DNA of 57,925 nucleotides from an uncultured bacterium (GTDB lineage: Bacteria; Babelota; Babeliae; Babelales; CAIQNR01): positions 1 through 57,925 of the forward strand of contig CAIQNR010000039.1 in assembly GCA_903873255.1 (NCBI GenBank). The letters run 5' to 3'. Positions 27,493 through 36,721 of the stretch are shown one piece after another. Under the pieces are notes generated by a model. That model ran no database searches and was not told the DNA's origin. It was given only the letters and a program-made list of their open reading frames with translations. How positions within the stretch are numbered: the first letter of the stretch is position 1; the number at the start of each line of letters is the position of its first letter. The position numbers and the translations under genes were made by a program.

Positions 27493-27810
27493 ATGAAAAA
27501 TTTATTACTTTTATCATTAGTGTGCGCTTCAGGAGTGTATGGTATGAACCCTGAAGGCAAACCGCTCCTTGTATCTAAAATTAATGGATCAAGGTCTAGA
27601 TTGCCGGGGGTAAGCGATTTTTCAATAGATATGCAAAAAGCAGAAATAACAGAAGAAGCAGAGTTAGGATGTGTAAAAAAATCTGGGTATGGTAAAATAT
27701 GCCTGACAGCAATGGCAGTTAGCGCGTTCACTTCATTAAGCGCAGCTGCTTTATGGTGGGTAATTACACATCAAGATGGGCAAGGTCAAGTTGGTAATTT
27801 AGGAAATTGA
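27493..27810 (+). CDS. hypothetical small protein (signal peptide + C-terminal TM)
   Basis: 105-aa ORF with MKNLLLLSLVCASG and a C-terminal hydrophobic segment, CLTAMAVSAFTSLSAAALWWVI. Confidence 0.45.
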   Translation: MKNLLLLSLVCASGVYGMNPEGKPLLVSKINGSRSRLPGVSDFSIDMQKAEITEEAELGCVKKSGYGKICLTAMAVSAFTSLSAAALWWVITHQDGQGQVGNLGN

Positions 27811-27831
27811 AAATTAGTTTAAGGAATAAAA

Positions 27832-28131
27832 ATGAAAAAAAGTTTAGTTATTATAAGTCTATTGTGTTGTGGGCTGGTTAGTGCAAGTTCAATGATTATC
27901 TCAAAATCATCAGATTCTTCTGGAATGCATAGTAGAAATAACTCATTTTCCCAAGCGTCGCTTGCTGCAATGATGAGTCAGAATGCTACTGTTTTTACAC
28001 AACCTACAGGGGTTAAAAATAGTATAGGTAAGGAGCTTTCTGTGTCTGAAAAAGCAAAGCAACTTGCAGCTATGGGACTTTTAGGTGTTATAGGGCTAGG
28101 CGAATGTTTAATTGTGGCAGGCTGTTGTTAA
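27832..28131 (+). CDS. hypothetical small protein (signal peptide + C-terminal TM, ends -GCC)
   Basis: 99-aa ORF with AAGGA upstream, the leader MKKSLVIISLLCCG, and the C-terminus LAAMGLLGVIGLGECLIVAGCC. Confidence 0.45.
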   Translation: MKKSLVIISLLCCGLVSASSMIISKSSDSSGMHSRNNSFSQASLAAMMSQNATVFTQPTGVKNSIGKELSVSEKAKQLAAMGLLGVIGLGECLIVAGCC

Positions 28132-28161
28132 GCTCAACTTCCTTCTTTTAATCTGAAGGGG

Positions 28162-28189
28162 TTGACTTTCGGTCAAGGATTGCCATACT
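28162..28189 (+). promoter_or_regulatory. candidate sigma70-type promoter for rpmA
   Basis: TTGACT (28162-28167), a 16-nt spacer, then CATACT (28184-28189), about 70 nt upstream of rpmA. A match like this can arise by chance in AT-rich DNA. Confidence 0.3.
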
Positions 28190-28260
28190 AAGAGCAACTT
28201 TTGGGATTATTAATCCCTTGAAAATCAAAAAAATTCTCCTAAAAATCAAAGGATAAGTCG

Positions 28261-28521
28261 ATGGCAACGAGTAAAGCTGGTGGCTCAACATCAAACGGTC
28301 GTGATAGTATTGGTAGAAGACTTGGTACCAAAAAGTACGCTGGTGAAGTAGTTCAACCTGGTGATATCATTATCCGCCAAAGAGGAACTAAATTTCATGC
28401 AGGCGCTGCTGTTGGTATGGGTAAAGATCATACGCTTTATGCATTAGGTGCTGGTACTGTAAGGTTCCATTACCGTAGCGGTGGGCGTAAGTACGTATCT
28501 ATCGATTCAGTTTCTGAGTAA
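28261..28521 (+). CDS. rpmA: 50S ribosomal protein L27
   Basis: [48 protein letters not shown] is canonical L27. Confidence 0.95.
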   Translation: MATSKAGGSTSNGRDSIGRRLGTKKYAGEVVQPGDIIIRQRGTKFHAGAAVGMGKDHTLYALGAGTVRFHYRSGGRKYVSIDSVSE

Positions 28522-28623
28522 TCCTGTTTATTAGTCGCAAATTTTGCTTTAAACTATAAAACATGGTAATACTTCCTCTATCGAGTAATGGAAAAAAACC
28601 TTTTTATTCATCGGAGAGCCAGA

Positions 28624-29499
28624 ATGACTGCGCGTTCTTTTAATTTCCTTAAATACAAATCTTATGCTGCTTGTTTTTCTATAGCGTTTATTTTAGCTGG
28701 TATTGCTGGATACGTGCATAATGGCGGATTCAGATACAGTGTTGATTTCACTGGTGGAACACAGTTGAGATTTGAATTTAGTAAGCCCGTTGGTTCAGAA
28801 GAATTAAAAGGTATTTTAGCTCGTAATGGATGGGAAGATGCTGTTACCCGTGAGTTTAGTCCTACTGAAAAAGTTGTTAGAGTAAAAGAGTTTGTAAATG
28901 ATGCTCAAGGTCTAGCTGTAGCTATTCAGGGTGCATTACAAGCAAATTTGCCTGACACTACAGTAATATTGCATGAAGTAAACGGCGTTGGGCCTGGCAC
29001 TGGCCAAGAACTTCGTTGGAATTTTATTCTCATGTTGCTTGCAGGATTTGCGCTTATGTTTTCCTATATTGTTGCACGTTTTTGGTCTCTTTCTTATGGA
29101 ATTGGTACCATTATTGCGTTGCTTCATGACCCGCTTGCTATTTTAGCTGTGATTGCAATTACAAAAATTGAAATTTCTCCTAATATTATTTGCGCAATTA
29201 TTATGGCATTGGGATATTCAATTAACGATACGATTGTTATTTTCGCTCGCATTAGAGAGCGATTTGCTACTTCTAAGCCTGGTGAAAGCCCAGCAGCTAT
29301 TGTAAATGAAAGCTTAAACTTAACGCTTACACGTACAATACTTACAAGCTTAGCAACTTTTTCTGCTGTAGCCGCACTTTATATGTTTGGTGGTGAATCT
29401 TTAAGAGATTTATCCTTGGCATTTATGGTAGGAATTTTGGTTGGTACCTATTCCTCTATATTTGTTGCAAGTCCCATCATGTTGTTCTTTAGACGTTAA
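28624..29499 (+). CDS. secF: protein translocase subunit SecF
   Basis: FNFLKYKSYA...GIAGYVHNGGFRYSVDFTGGTQL and the C-terminal six-TM region with GYSINDTIVIFARIRE. The ATG at 28624 has GGAGAG upstream. The track's start at 28588 is the alternative. Confidence 0.9.
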   Translation: MTARSFNFLKYKSYAACFSIAFILAGIAGYVHNGGFRYSVDFTGGTQLRFEFSKPVGSEELKGILARNGWEDAVTREFSPTEKVVRVKEFVNDAQGLAVAIQGALQANLPDTTVILHEVNGVGPGTGQELRWNFILMLLAGFALMFSYIVARFWSLSYGIGTIIALLHDPLAILAVIAITKIEISPNIICAIIMALGYSINDTIVIFARIRERFATSKPGESPAAIVNESLNLTLTRTILTSLATFSAVAALYMFGGESLRDLSLAFMVGILVGTYSSIFVASPIMLFFRR

Positions 29500-29562
29500 A
29501 AAAAATAGAAATTTTTATTTATGAATAGCGTACAGTTATTCATAATATATCTGCCTTATATT

Positions 29563-29591
29563 GATAGACGGTGCGTATGCACCGGTCTATC
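29563..29591 (+). terminator. GC-rich hairpin between secF and rho (terminator or rho leader structure)
   Basis: gatagac-ggtgc gtat gcaccggtctatc has a 12-bp stem with one bulge and is followed by only TTT. It is 64 nt after the secF stop and 41 nt before the rho ATG. Confidence 0.4.
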
Positions 29592-29632
29592 TTTGGGACG
29601 ATCTGTAATTATACTTAGGAGGGAATTTTGAT

Positions 29633-31357
29633 ATGAAAGATGATAAAATGACTATTCCTGCTGCTCCAAAAAAGAAGCCAGTTGTTCGCAAAAAAGATCC
29701 AAAATTAGTAGTACAAGAACAAACTATTGAGCCAGTAATACAACAACAAGTTGTAGCGCCTGCGCCTGTTGTATCTCCTGCGCCTTCTATTGAGCAGCCG
29801 CAAAAACCTGCAAAAGAAATTGTTAAAAGACAATATTCTCCGCGTAGTCATCCAGCTCCTCATAATCAAAATCAAAATTCTCAACAACGCCAAGAAAATT
29901 ACCAAAGACAAGATCAGCGTCAAGATCAACAATCATCACAACAACAGCAGCACTCTTCTTACCAACAAGCACAATCTAATCAGCAAAATTATCATCAACA
30001 ACGCCAAGAAAATTATCAAAGACAAGATCCAGCACCTAAAATATTAACGCGCGAACAAATGGAAGAATTTTCAGTTCAAGAGCTTAATATTCATGCACGT
30101 CGTTGGGGGATTATTGGTTCAAGTTTGATGCTCCATAGAGAATTAGTAGAAAAAATTTTAGAAGCGCAGCAACATCCAGATAGAGAAATTGCTATTGAAG
30201 GTGTGCTAGAAAAATTACCTGATGGTTTTGGTTTTTTACGTTCACAAAAGTTTGATTATATCTCAAGCCCAGATGACGTGTATGTATCCCCATCGCAAAT
30301 TCGTCGCTTCGGTCTTCGTACAGGTGACACCGTTACTGGTACTATTCGCAAGCCAAAAGAAGGCGAAAAGTATTTTGCTCTTTTAAAGGTTGATAAAGTT
30401 AATTTCCAGGATCCTGTTAAGCTTAATGAACGACCAACATTCGATCGTTTGTCGCCAATGCATCCTGACAAAAAATTTACATTGGAATCTGATCCTCTTA
30501 AAATTTCAACTCGTTTAATGGATATCTTTACACCTGTTGGTCGTGGTCAGCGTGGTTTAATTGTTGCACCTCCAAAAGCTGGTAAAACAATGCTTCTTAA
30601 GGAAATTGCACAAAGTTTAATCACCAATCACCCTGATGTGTATTTGATTGTACTTCTTATTGATGAGCGTCCAGAAGAAGTTGCAGACATGAGACGTTTT
30701 GTTAAAGGTGCTCATGCTGAAGTTATTAGTTCTACTTTTGACGAATCTGCAGAACGCCATGTACAAGTTGCAGAAATTGTTCTCGAAAAAGCAAAACGAT
30801 TTGTTGAGTCTGGTAAAGATGTTGTAATTTTGCTTGATGCTATTACTCGTCTTGCTCGTGCATATAACACAACAGCTCCTGCATCAGGTAAAGTTCTTAC
30901 TGGTGGTATTGATGCTAATGCGCTTCAACGACCAAAAAGATTCTTTGGTGCAGCTCGTAGCATGGAAGAAGGCGGATCACTTACCATTATTGCAACAGCG
31001 CTTGTAGAAACCGGTTCTCGTATGGATGAAGTCATCTACGAAGAATTTAAAGGTACTGGTAATATGGAAATGCATTTGAGCAGAAAGCTTGCAAATCGCC
31101 GTATTTACCCAGCGTATGACTTGTTGATGTCAAGCACACGCCGTGATGATTTACTATTCTCAGAAGAAGAGCAAAAACGTTCATGGGTTCTTCAGAAGTT
31201 CTTAGCAAATATGAATCCAATCGAAGGTATGGAATTTATGATTGATAAGATGAAAAAATTCAAAACTAATGAAGAGTTTTTTGAATCTATGAATAAGCAA
31301 CGTCCAGCTGCATCTACTACAGGTACTAATGGCAGCGGTTCATCTGACGTAAAGTAA
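29633..31357 (+). CDS. rho: transcription termination factor Rho with ~135-aa Pro/Gln-rich N-terminal extension
   Basis: The Rho_N-like helix ([23 protein letters not shown]) begins only at about aa 138. The CSD-like RNA-binding region (GFGFLRS...[16 protein letters not shown]), Walker A APPKAGKT and the C-terminal core are all present. Confidence 0.95.
   Translation: MKDDKMTIPAAPKKKPVVRKKDPKLVVQEQTIEPVIQQQVVAPAPVVSPAPSIEQPQKPAKEIVKRQYSPRSHPAPHNQNQNSQQRQENYQRQDQRQDQQSSQQQQHSSYQQAQSNQQNYHQQRQENYQRQDPAPKILTREQMEEFSVQELNIHARRWGIIGSSLMLHRELVEKILEAQQHPDREIAIEGVLEKLPDGFGFLRSQKFDYISSPDDVYVSPSQIRRFGLRTGDTVTGTIRKPKEGEKYFALLKVDKVNFQDPVKLNERPTFDRLSPMHPDKKFTLESDPLKISTRLMDIFTPVGRGQRGLIVAPPKAGKTMLLKEIAQSLITNHPDVYLIVLLIDERPEEVADMRRFVKGAHAEVISSTFDESAERHVQVAEIVLEKAKRFVESGKDVVILLDAITRLARAYNTTAPASGKVLTGGIDANALQRPKRFFGAARSMEEGGSLTIIATALVETGSRMDEVIYEEFKGTGNMEMHLSRKLANRRIYPAYDLLMSSTRRDDLLFSEEEQKRSWVLQKFLANMNPIEGMEFMIDKMKKFKTNEEFFESMNKQRPAASTTGTNGSGSSDVK
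29882..30029 (+). repeat. 34-nt direct repeat (33/34 identical) inside the rho N-terminal extension
   Basis: caacaacgccaagaaaattaCcaaagacaagatc at 29882-29915 matches ...aattaTcaaag... at 29996-30029. Each copy encodes [11 protein letters not shown]. Confidence 0.85.
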
Positions 31358-31376
31358 ATCAAAAAATAGTAATTTA

Positions 31377-31427
31377 AAAGACAGTTTTGTGGTTCAGCAG
31401 TGAGCATACAAAGCTGTCTTTTTTTGT
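31377..31427 (+). terminator. rho-independent terminator downstream of rho
   Basis: aaagacagttttgt pairs with acaaagctgtcttt over 14 bp with one G-U pair. The loop is 17 nt and T7 follows. Confidence 0.6.
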
Positions 31428-31516
31428 ATTTAAATAAGCTTATTTTGAGCTTTTTTGAAAAACATGCTGTACTAATATTTTTATAACAATTTTGTATTTG
31501 TAAAGGAGAGTAAAAT

Positions 31517-31864
31517 ATGAAAAAAATGGTACTAATATTTTTAGCTCTTATCGCATCTGTGTATGCAGGTAAAGATCCTAAATATCAATCAAAAAGCTAT
31601 CAACCAAAATTTTTAACGACCTTAGAGCGGCAACAAGCAATACGAAAAAATATTATTGGAGATCGCTATTCTAAAAAAGATTTAGCATGTCATGTAATGG
31701 TAGGAATTGGTGAGCTAGGTTTGGCAGCATTATTTTTCCCTTCTAAGTTTGATAATCAGACAAATCTAGGTCGGCTTGTAGTAGCAACCATGTTTTTTGC
31801 CGATTCTATTATTCGTCAGGGTACAGCTATTGAAAAATATATTATTAGAAATGATATTGAGTAA
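31517..31864 (+). CDS. hypothetical small secreted/membrane protein
   Basis: 115 aa with GGAG upstream, a signal peptide (MKKMVLIFLALIASVYA) and an internal hydrophobic segment. Confidence 0.45.
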   Translation: MKKMVLIFLALIASVYAGKDPKYQSKSYQPKFLTTLERQQAIRKNIIGDRYSKKDLACHVMVGIGELGLAALFFPSKFDNQTNLGRLVVATMFFADSIIRQGTAIEKYIIRNDIE

Positions 31865-31875
31865 GGAGATTATGT

Positions 31876-32319
31876 ATGAAAAAGTTATTAGGATTATTAG
31901 TAGTTGGTTTCATCGCTCTTAATGGAGCAAATAGTGATGAAAATGGAAATAGAAAAAGAAACGTTGAGATGCTTTCTCCTTATGCTGATAAGAAATTAAA
32001 TTCAGCAGTGCTATCTTGTTTAGATACTAGTCAGAAGAAACTTTCTACTTATAGAAGTATGTACGAACAAGAGAGAGAAGATAGTAAGGAATTTGGTAAA
32101 TTGATGTTTGGTATTGGTGTATTTACATCAGCAGCAGGTTTGATTGGAAGGTTATGGTGTCAGCAACTAACAGATGATACTACTCAAAAATCTTTAGAAT
32201 GTCCGGATAATGCTTGGTTTGGAGTGAGTGCATTAGCAGCTTTTGGTTGTGGATTGGCTATTGCAGTTCATCGCCATGCAGTAAAAAAAATTAAAGAAAT
32301 TGATGTTCAAAAAGTATGA
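31876..32319 (+). CDS. hypothetical small secreted/membrane protein
   Basis: 147 aa with AAGGAG upstream, a signal peptide, two hydrophobic segments and an NRKRN patch. Confidence 0.45.
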   Translation: MKKLLGLLVVGFIALNGANSDENGNRKRNVEMLSPYADKKLNSAVLSCLDTSQKKLSTYRSMYEQEREDSKEFGKLMFGIGVFTSAAGLIGRLWCQQLTDDTTQKSLECPDNAWFGVSALAAFGCGLAIAVHRHAVKKIKEIDVQKV

Positions 32320-32322
32320 TGT

Positions 32323-33342
32323 TTATAAAATATCAAAACCTAAATCACTAAATTTTTCTTGTTGAGCCTTGTAATGACCAACAAAAGCGATCATGCCAGC
32401 GTTGTCGGTGCAATACCGAGGGGATGGAAAGAAAAAAGGAATTCCATATTTTTTAGCTGCATCTTCAAGGCGAGAGCGAATATATTTATTACATGCAACG
32501 CCACCAACAAAAGCAAGCGCTTTATAGTCATCAGACTCAGAAAGCGCTTTTTCTACTTTCTGAACAAAAATATCAGCAATGCAAACCAAAAATGAACTGG
32601 CAATTTTTTGCTTCAATTCCATGCTGGTATCAAGCAATTCTTTTTTTTGTAGATCATAAGCGCCACGTTTTACAGCGTCATACAGTACGGCTGTTTTGAG
32701 CCCTGAAAAGCTAAACATAAGATCATAATTTTTATTGCGTGGGTATTTAAAAAAATCTTCAAAACCAACTTCTGCTGCAAGTTTTTCTATAATAGGACCG
32801 CCTGGGTAACCAAGTTGAAGTAGTTTTGCAACTTTGTCAAAAGCTTCACCAGCAGCATCATCAAGTGTTGTTCCCAGCGTGGTGTAATCGCCATAATCTT
32901 GTATGTCATAGATGCTCGTATGGCCGCCAGATGCGGTAATGCATAAAAACGGAAAAGGAATTATATTTTCTATGCATGCAGAAAAAGCGTGCCCTTCAAG
33001 ATGGTTGATAGCGATAATTTTTTTATTCAGTGAGCCTGCAAGTGCTTTTGCAAATGAGACACCAATCAGAAGAGATCCTGGAAGGCCAGGCTTGTTGGTA
33101 ACTGCAATAACATCAATGTCATTAACAGTCATACGTGCACCATCAAGCGCTTCTTGTGTGATAGCATTTATTTTTTTAATATGCTCGCGCGATGCAATTT
33201 CGGGTACTACACCACCGTATCGTTTATGCATTTCTGTTTGAGAAAAAAGGGCACTTGCAATAATACCTTGTTCGGTTGTGTAAATTGCAGCGGCTACTTC
33301 GTCGCATGATGATTCAAGGCCAAGAATAGTATATTTTTTCAT
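32323..33342 (-). CDS. tsaD: tRNA N6-adenosine threonylcarbamoyltransferase TsaD
   Basis: ILGLESSCDEVAAAIY, metal-site HLEGH (INHLEGHAFS), and the C-terminal CTDNAGMIA. Confidence 0.95.
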   Translation of the reverse strand: MKKYTILGLESSCDEVAAAIYTTEQGIIASALFSQTEMHKRYGGVVPEIASREHIKKINAITQEALDGARMTVNDIDVIAVTNKPGLPGSLLIGVSFAKALAGSLNKKIIAINHLEGHAFSACIENIIPFPFLCITASGGHTSIYDIQDYGDYTTLGTTLDDAAGEAFDKVAKLLQLGYPGGPIIEKLAAEVGFEDFFKYPRNKNYDLMFSFSGLKTAVLYDAVKRGAYDLQKKELLDTSMELKQKIASSFLVCIADIFVQKVEKALSESDDYKALAFVGGVACNKYIRSRLEDAAKKYGIPFFFPSPRYCTDNAGMIAFVGHYKAQQEKFSDLGFDIL

Positions 33343-34070
33343 GATATCCGTGTTTTAAAAATTCTAGCTTTAGGTGATTGTAGAATAACCCATTCTTCCT
33401 TTTTATGGAACCCATCTACGTCTAAAGATGCAAGCAGAGCGGAAGTATGGGCATATTCAAAAAGATTTTTATCAATATCAAGGTACAAAATTGTGGGTAG
33501 TAGAATAGATAAACTATTTTTTTTCCAGGTTGCTACAGGGCCAAGTCCTTTAATAAGATCGGAATCTTCAGAAATAATAAGTGCAGTCTGAGGGATAGAA
33601 AAAGGGCCAATATCTCGTTTTTCTTGCACAGACCAGGTGAATGTATCTTTTAAGTTAGAACAGGTTATTTTGGTTAGTACATAATGGATATAGGGTATTC
33701 CTTTAGGAACAAGAAGCGAGTTGATAGTGTTGCTGGTCGGGGCATCAAGAAGAGTTATAACAATATCAAATGAAGCAAGTTCTTGATTAAGAGAGCATGC
33801 ATAGCTAAATAAAGGCAGTCCGTCATTGTCATGTGTTTTAGAAAGTGTTGCCACATTGCCACCATAATAGACTCGTGGAGCGGGACATGTATCAAGTTGA
33901 ACATTTTTAAAAGCTGCAGGAAATTTTATGAAGCCAATGTATGAGGTTACTTTTTTTATTTCACTTTCGTGGTAGGCAAGAGGAAGTCGTATGGTGGTAG
34001 AAGGGATAATTGAGGTAAACTGACAGAGTAGCAAAAAGATTGGAATGGTAATATACACGCACTTTTTCAT
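33339..34070 (-). CDS. hypothetical secreted protein co-transcribed with tsaD
   Basis: 243 aa with a signal peptide. It overlaps the tsaD start by 4 nt. No family recognised. Confidence 0.5.
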   Translation of the reverse strand: MKKCVYITIPIFLLLCQFTSIIPSTTIRLPLAYHESEIKKVTSYIGFIKFPAAFKNVQLDTCPAPRVYYGGNVATLSKTHDNDGLPLFSYACSLNQELASFDIVITLLDAPTSNTINSLLVPKGIPYIHYVLTKITCSNLKDTFTWSVQEKRDIGPFSIPQTALIISEDSDLIKGLGPVATWKKNSLSILLPTILYLDIDKNLFEYAHTSALLASLDVDGFHKKEEWVILQSPKARIFKTRIS

Positions 34071-34216
34071 AGAAATCTCCTTTATTTATAAGCTTCTTGT
34101 TGTGCTGATAGGGTTTTGTTAGAATATACCTGATAATCATATTTTAAAAGGCAATAATAACTCTTATTTTCAATATTCAGTAAGTAGTCTGGAAGAAAAG
34201 CATAGTAAGGGGAATA

Positions 34217-34681
34217 ATGTATTCACGGGTTAAAAATTTTTTTAAGGATGCAATAAAAACAGATACTTCGCCTACTAAGTTGGCAGTTGCTATTGCCTTT
34301 GCATCCTATGTAGCATTCTCTCCTTTTTTGGGGTTTCATACCATTATGCTTATTGTGTTTGGTTGGCTTTTTAATATTAATATTCCATTTTTAGTGGGTA
34401 TTGGATACGCAATCAATAATCCATGGACAATGGTGCCAATTTACATGAGCGGCTATCTTTTTGGTTATTGGTTACTCCATACCTTTATGGCTATTCCTGT
34501 TGAAGGTTTAAATCCTGCATGGATGGAGTGGTTTAGTCACAAAATTATGGATATTTTACATATACAGGAACCTTCATTTTGGGCTTTTATGGTAGGCGGT
34601 AATGTTGTAGGTCTTGTATTTGCCTTTTTAACTTATCCAGCTGCATTGGTGTTTTTTAAAAAAATGGCTCGGGAAAACTAA
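34217..34681 (+). CDS. DUF2062-like small membrane protein
   Basis: 154 aa. The pattern SPTKLAVAIAFASYVAFSPFLGFHTIMLIVFGWLFNINIPFLVGIGYAINNPWTMVPIY fits the DUF2062 layout as I remember it. Confidence 0.6.
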   Translation: MYSRVKNFFKDAIKTDTSPTKLAVAIAFASYVAFSPFLGFHTIMLIVFGWLFNINIPFLVGIGYAINNPWTMVPIYMSGYLFGYWLLHTFMAIPVEGLNPAWMEWFSHKIMDILHIQEPSFWAFMVGGNVVGLVFAFLTYPAALVFFKKMAREN

Positions 34682-34689
34682 GGGGTCTT

Positions 34690-35145
34690 ATGAAAATAAT
34701 TAGTAAAAATAAAAAAGCATTCCATGATTATGAAATACTAGAAAAGATAGAAGTTGGTCTTGTACTTAAAGGGGACGAGGTTAAATCTTTACGCGCTGGG
34801 CATGTTAATATGACAGGGGCCTTTGCAACAGTTCACAATGGCGAACTTTACATGATTAATTGTCATGTTACACCCTACGACAAGGCATACATTAAGAACG
34901 AAGATGATGCTAAACGTAGTAGAAAATTATTACTCCATAAGCGTGAACTTAACCGTTTGATTGGTGATATTTCTTGCAAGGGGATTACGCTTATACCTCT
35001 TTGCTTATATTTTAACAATAAGAGTAAAATTAAGCTTGAGCTTGGCGTTTGTAAGCATCGCAATGCTGCTGGCAAAAAACAGGTACTTAAAGAGAGGGAT
35101 ATTAATCGTGAGACCTCTAGGGAAATGAGGGGATACAAAAGTTAA
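34690..35145 (+). CDS. smpB: SsrA-binding protein SmpB
   Basis: NKKAFHDYEILEKIEVGLVLKGDEVKSLR...LLLHKRELNRL, and the gene lies immediately upstream of the tmRNA. Confidence 0.95.
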   Translation: MKIISKNKKAFHDYEILEKIEVGLVLKGDEVKSLRAGHVNMTGAFATVHNGELYMINCHVTPYDKAYIKNEDDAKRSRKLLLHKRELNRLIGDISCKGITLIPLCLYFNNKSKIKLELGVCKHRNAAGKKQVLKERDINRETSREMRGYKS

Positions 35146-35204
35146 TCGCTTGTAATCCCTACTAATCTCATCTACACTTAAAGTTATAAATCTTTGAAAT
35201 ATCC

Positions 35205-35588
35205 GGGGGCGCACTGGTTTCGACGTGCTATTGAGGTCCGTGGAAGCATGCCGAGCTTTTATTGAGTGCTCGTAAAACAAACAGTAAAACAATAAGTGTA
35301 AATACACTAAACTTTTCTGCTCCTAGAGCAGAAAATATGATTTTTGCTTAATAGCGGAATCTTCTTGTCCAATTAACATGCCTATATGTTGACGAAGACT
35401 CGTATAATAAAAAAAATAGGATTGCCACATTAGGTTATACCCGTTCGTAGTGTGTGCAGTATACCAACGTGTCTTAGAGTATCTTCCCGTTTTCCAGGTA
35501 ATATTCTAAGTACTATTGGAAACTAAGCATGTAGCGTCTACGTTCTACAATTTTACGGACATGGGTTCGATTCCCATCGCCTCCACCA
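35205..35588 (+). ncRNA. ssrA: tmRNA (ssrA), one-piece
   Basis: The 5' GGGGGCG pairs with the 3' CGCCTCC-ACCA, including a G3:U pair. Also present are the conserved GGTTTCGACG and GCATGCCGAG...GCTCGTAAAA strings, a T-arm ATGGG-TTCGATT-CCCAT, and an internal tag frame ending GCT TAA TAG at 35346-35354. Confidence 0.9.
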
Positions 35589-35649
35589 TACTTCGCTCAT
35601 TCTGAGCCTCCTCCTATGCATAAAGCTACGGCGGACAAGTCGTATGGCT

Positions 35650-35676
35650 AGCCATCTTCTCTAAGGATGGCTTTTT
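35650..35676 (+). terminator. rho-independent terminator after ssrA
   Basis: agccatc-ttctctaag-gatggct followed by TTTTT. Confidence 0.55.
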
Positions 35677-35936
35677 ACTTATACATATTTTGTCCATTAC
35701 AGTCACGCTTTGCCTCTCGATACAATACTTACGGTGTTCGTATTACTCGAGGTGAGCGGAGAAGAGAATATTGTTTATTAAAACCGATCGTGTCGAGTAT
35801 TTTTTAAGACTTTTTAAAGAATTAAAAAATGTATCGAGACAAGCAAATATTTGTTGTATATCACGTTTAATTGCTCTTATCCCATTTATTGCTACACTCT
35901 ACTTTTATTTTTATCACATATTATATTGGAGTGTTC

Positions 35937-36683
35937 ATGTTCTCAATTAAAAAAATCTTATTACTCTTGCTTATCCCTCTTTCTCTTGAATCTACCATTA
36001 TAGAAATAGAACATATTGCAGATGTTGCACAGCTGGTGAAAGAACATGCTGAAATGCATCATAACAATAAAGTTTTAGTAGCTTTTGATTTATGTAATAC
36101 GCTTTTTTGCCCAAGGTTGTATCAAGATTGGGGAAGTGATCATTGGCTTGATGCGCATGCAAAAAGATTAATAGAAAAAGAAGGTATTGAACCTATAAAA
36201 GCATGGAATGCATTACTTCCTATCTATTGCGAAATTCAAGGACACCCGGCCTTTATGTTAGAGCCTGTTGAGATGGGAACGCTTGAAGCGCTTGAAAGTA
36301 TTAAAATGTATGCTGATATTACTATTGCTCTTACAGCACGTTCACTTCCTATTATTTCTGAAACATTAACGCGCATGTATAATGCTGGTATCTCATTTAA
36401 AACAACCGGTTTTGGACCTGCTTTTGATATGAATTATATTAGAGCTCGTTATCAAGAAGGTGTAATTTTTTGTAGTGGTGGAAACAAAGGAATTGCATTA
36501 CTTTCTGTATTAAAAAAAGTTGATTATATCCCAACAGAGATCATTATAGTCGATGATAAATTGAGTAATTTGTTAGCTATTGAGAAAGCATTTATTGCGG
36601 CTCAAAGCGAGATTAAATTGACATTGATTCATTACACACATTTAAGAGATGTTGTTAGAAGATTTACATTAGGTGATTATTAA
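35937..36683 (+). CDS. hypothetical secreted protein, weak HAD-like motif pattern
   Basis: I prefer the ATG at 35937, which has GGAG upstream and gives the signal peptide MFSIKKILLLLLIPLSL. Possible HAD-like motifs are VAFDLCNTLF (motif I with the second Asp replaced), ALTARS, and IIVDDKLSN. The assignment is weak. Confidence 0.4.
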   Translation: MFSIKKILLLLLIPLSLESTIIEIEHIADVAQLVKEHAEMHHNNKVLVAFDLCNTLFCPRLYQDWGSDHWLDAHAKRLIEKEGIEPIKAWNALLPIYCEIQGHPAFMLEPVEMGTLEALESIKMYADITIALTARSLPIISETLTRMYNAGISFKTTGFGPAFDMNYIRARYQEGVIFCSGGNKGIALLSVLKKVDYIPTEIIIVDDKLSNLLAIEKAFIAAQSEIKLTLIHYTHLRDVVRRFTLGDY

Positions 36684-36721
36684 AATAATCGCAACTAGGG
36701 GCAAATAAGAGATTTAACGCA

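Noticed and set aside
29705-30047. Two ORFs (75 aa on the minus strand, 92 aa on the plus strand) inside the rho 5' region
   Set aside because: They are alternative-frame or antisense readings of the low-complexity CAA/CAG-rich repeat tract. The rho frame is continuous into the conserved core.
35589-35936. Prophage or integrative island inserted at ssrA
   Set aside because: I found no integrase, excisionase or phage gene, and no duplicated ssrA 3' end within the window. I kept it only as a low-confidence observation, not as a mobile-element call.
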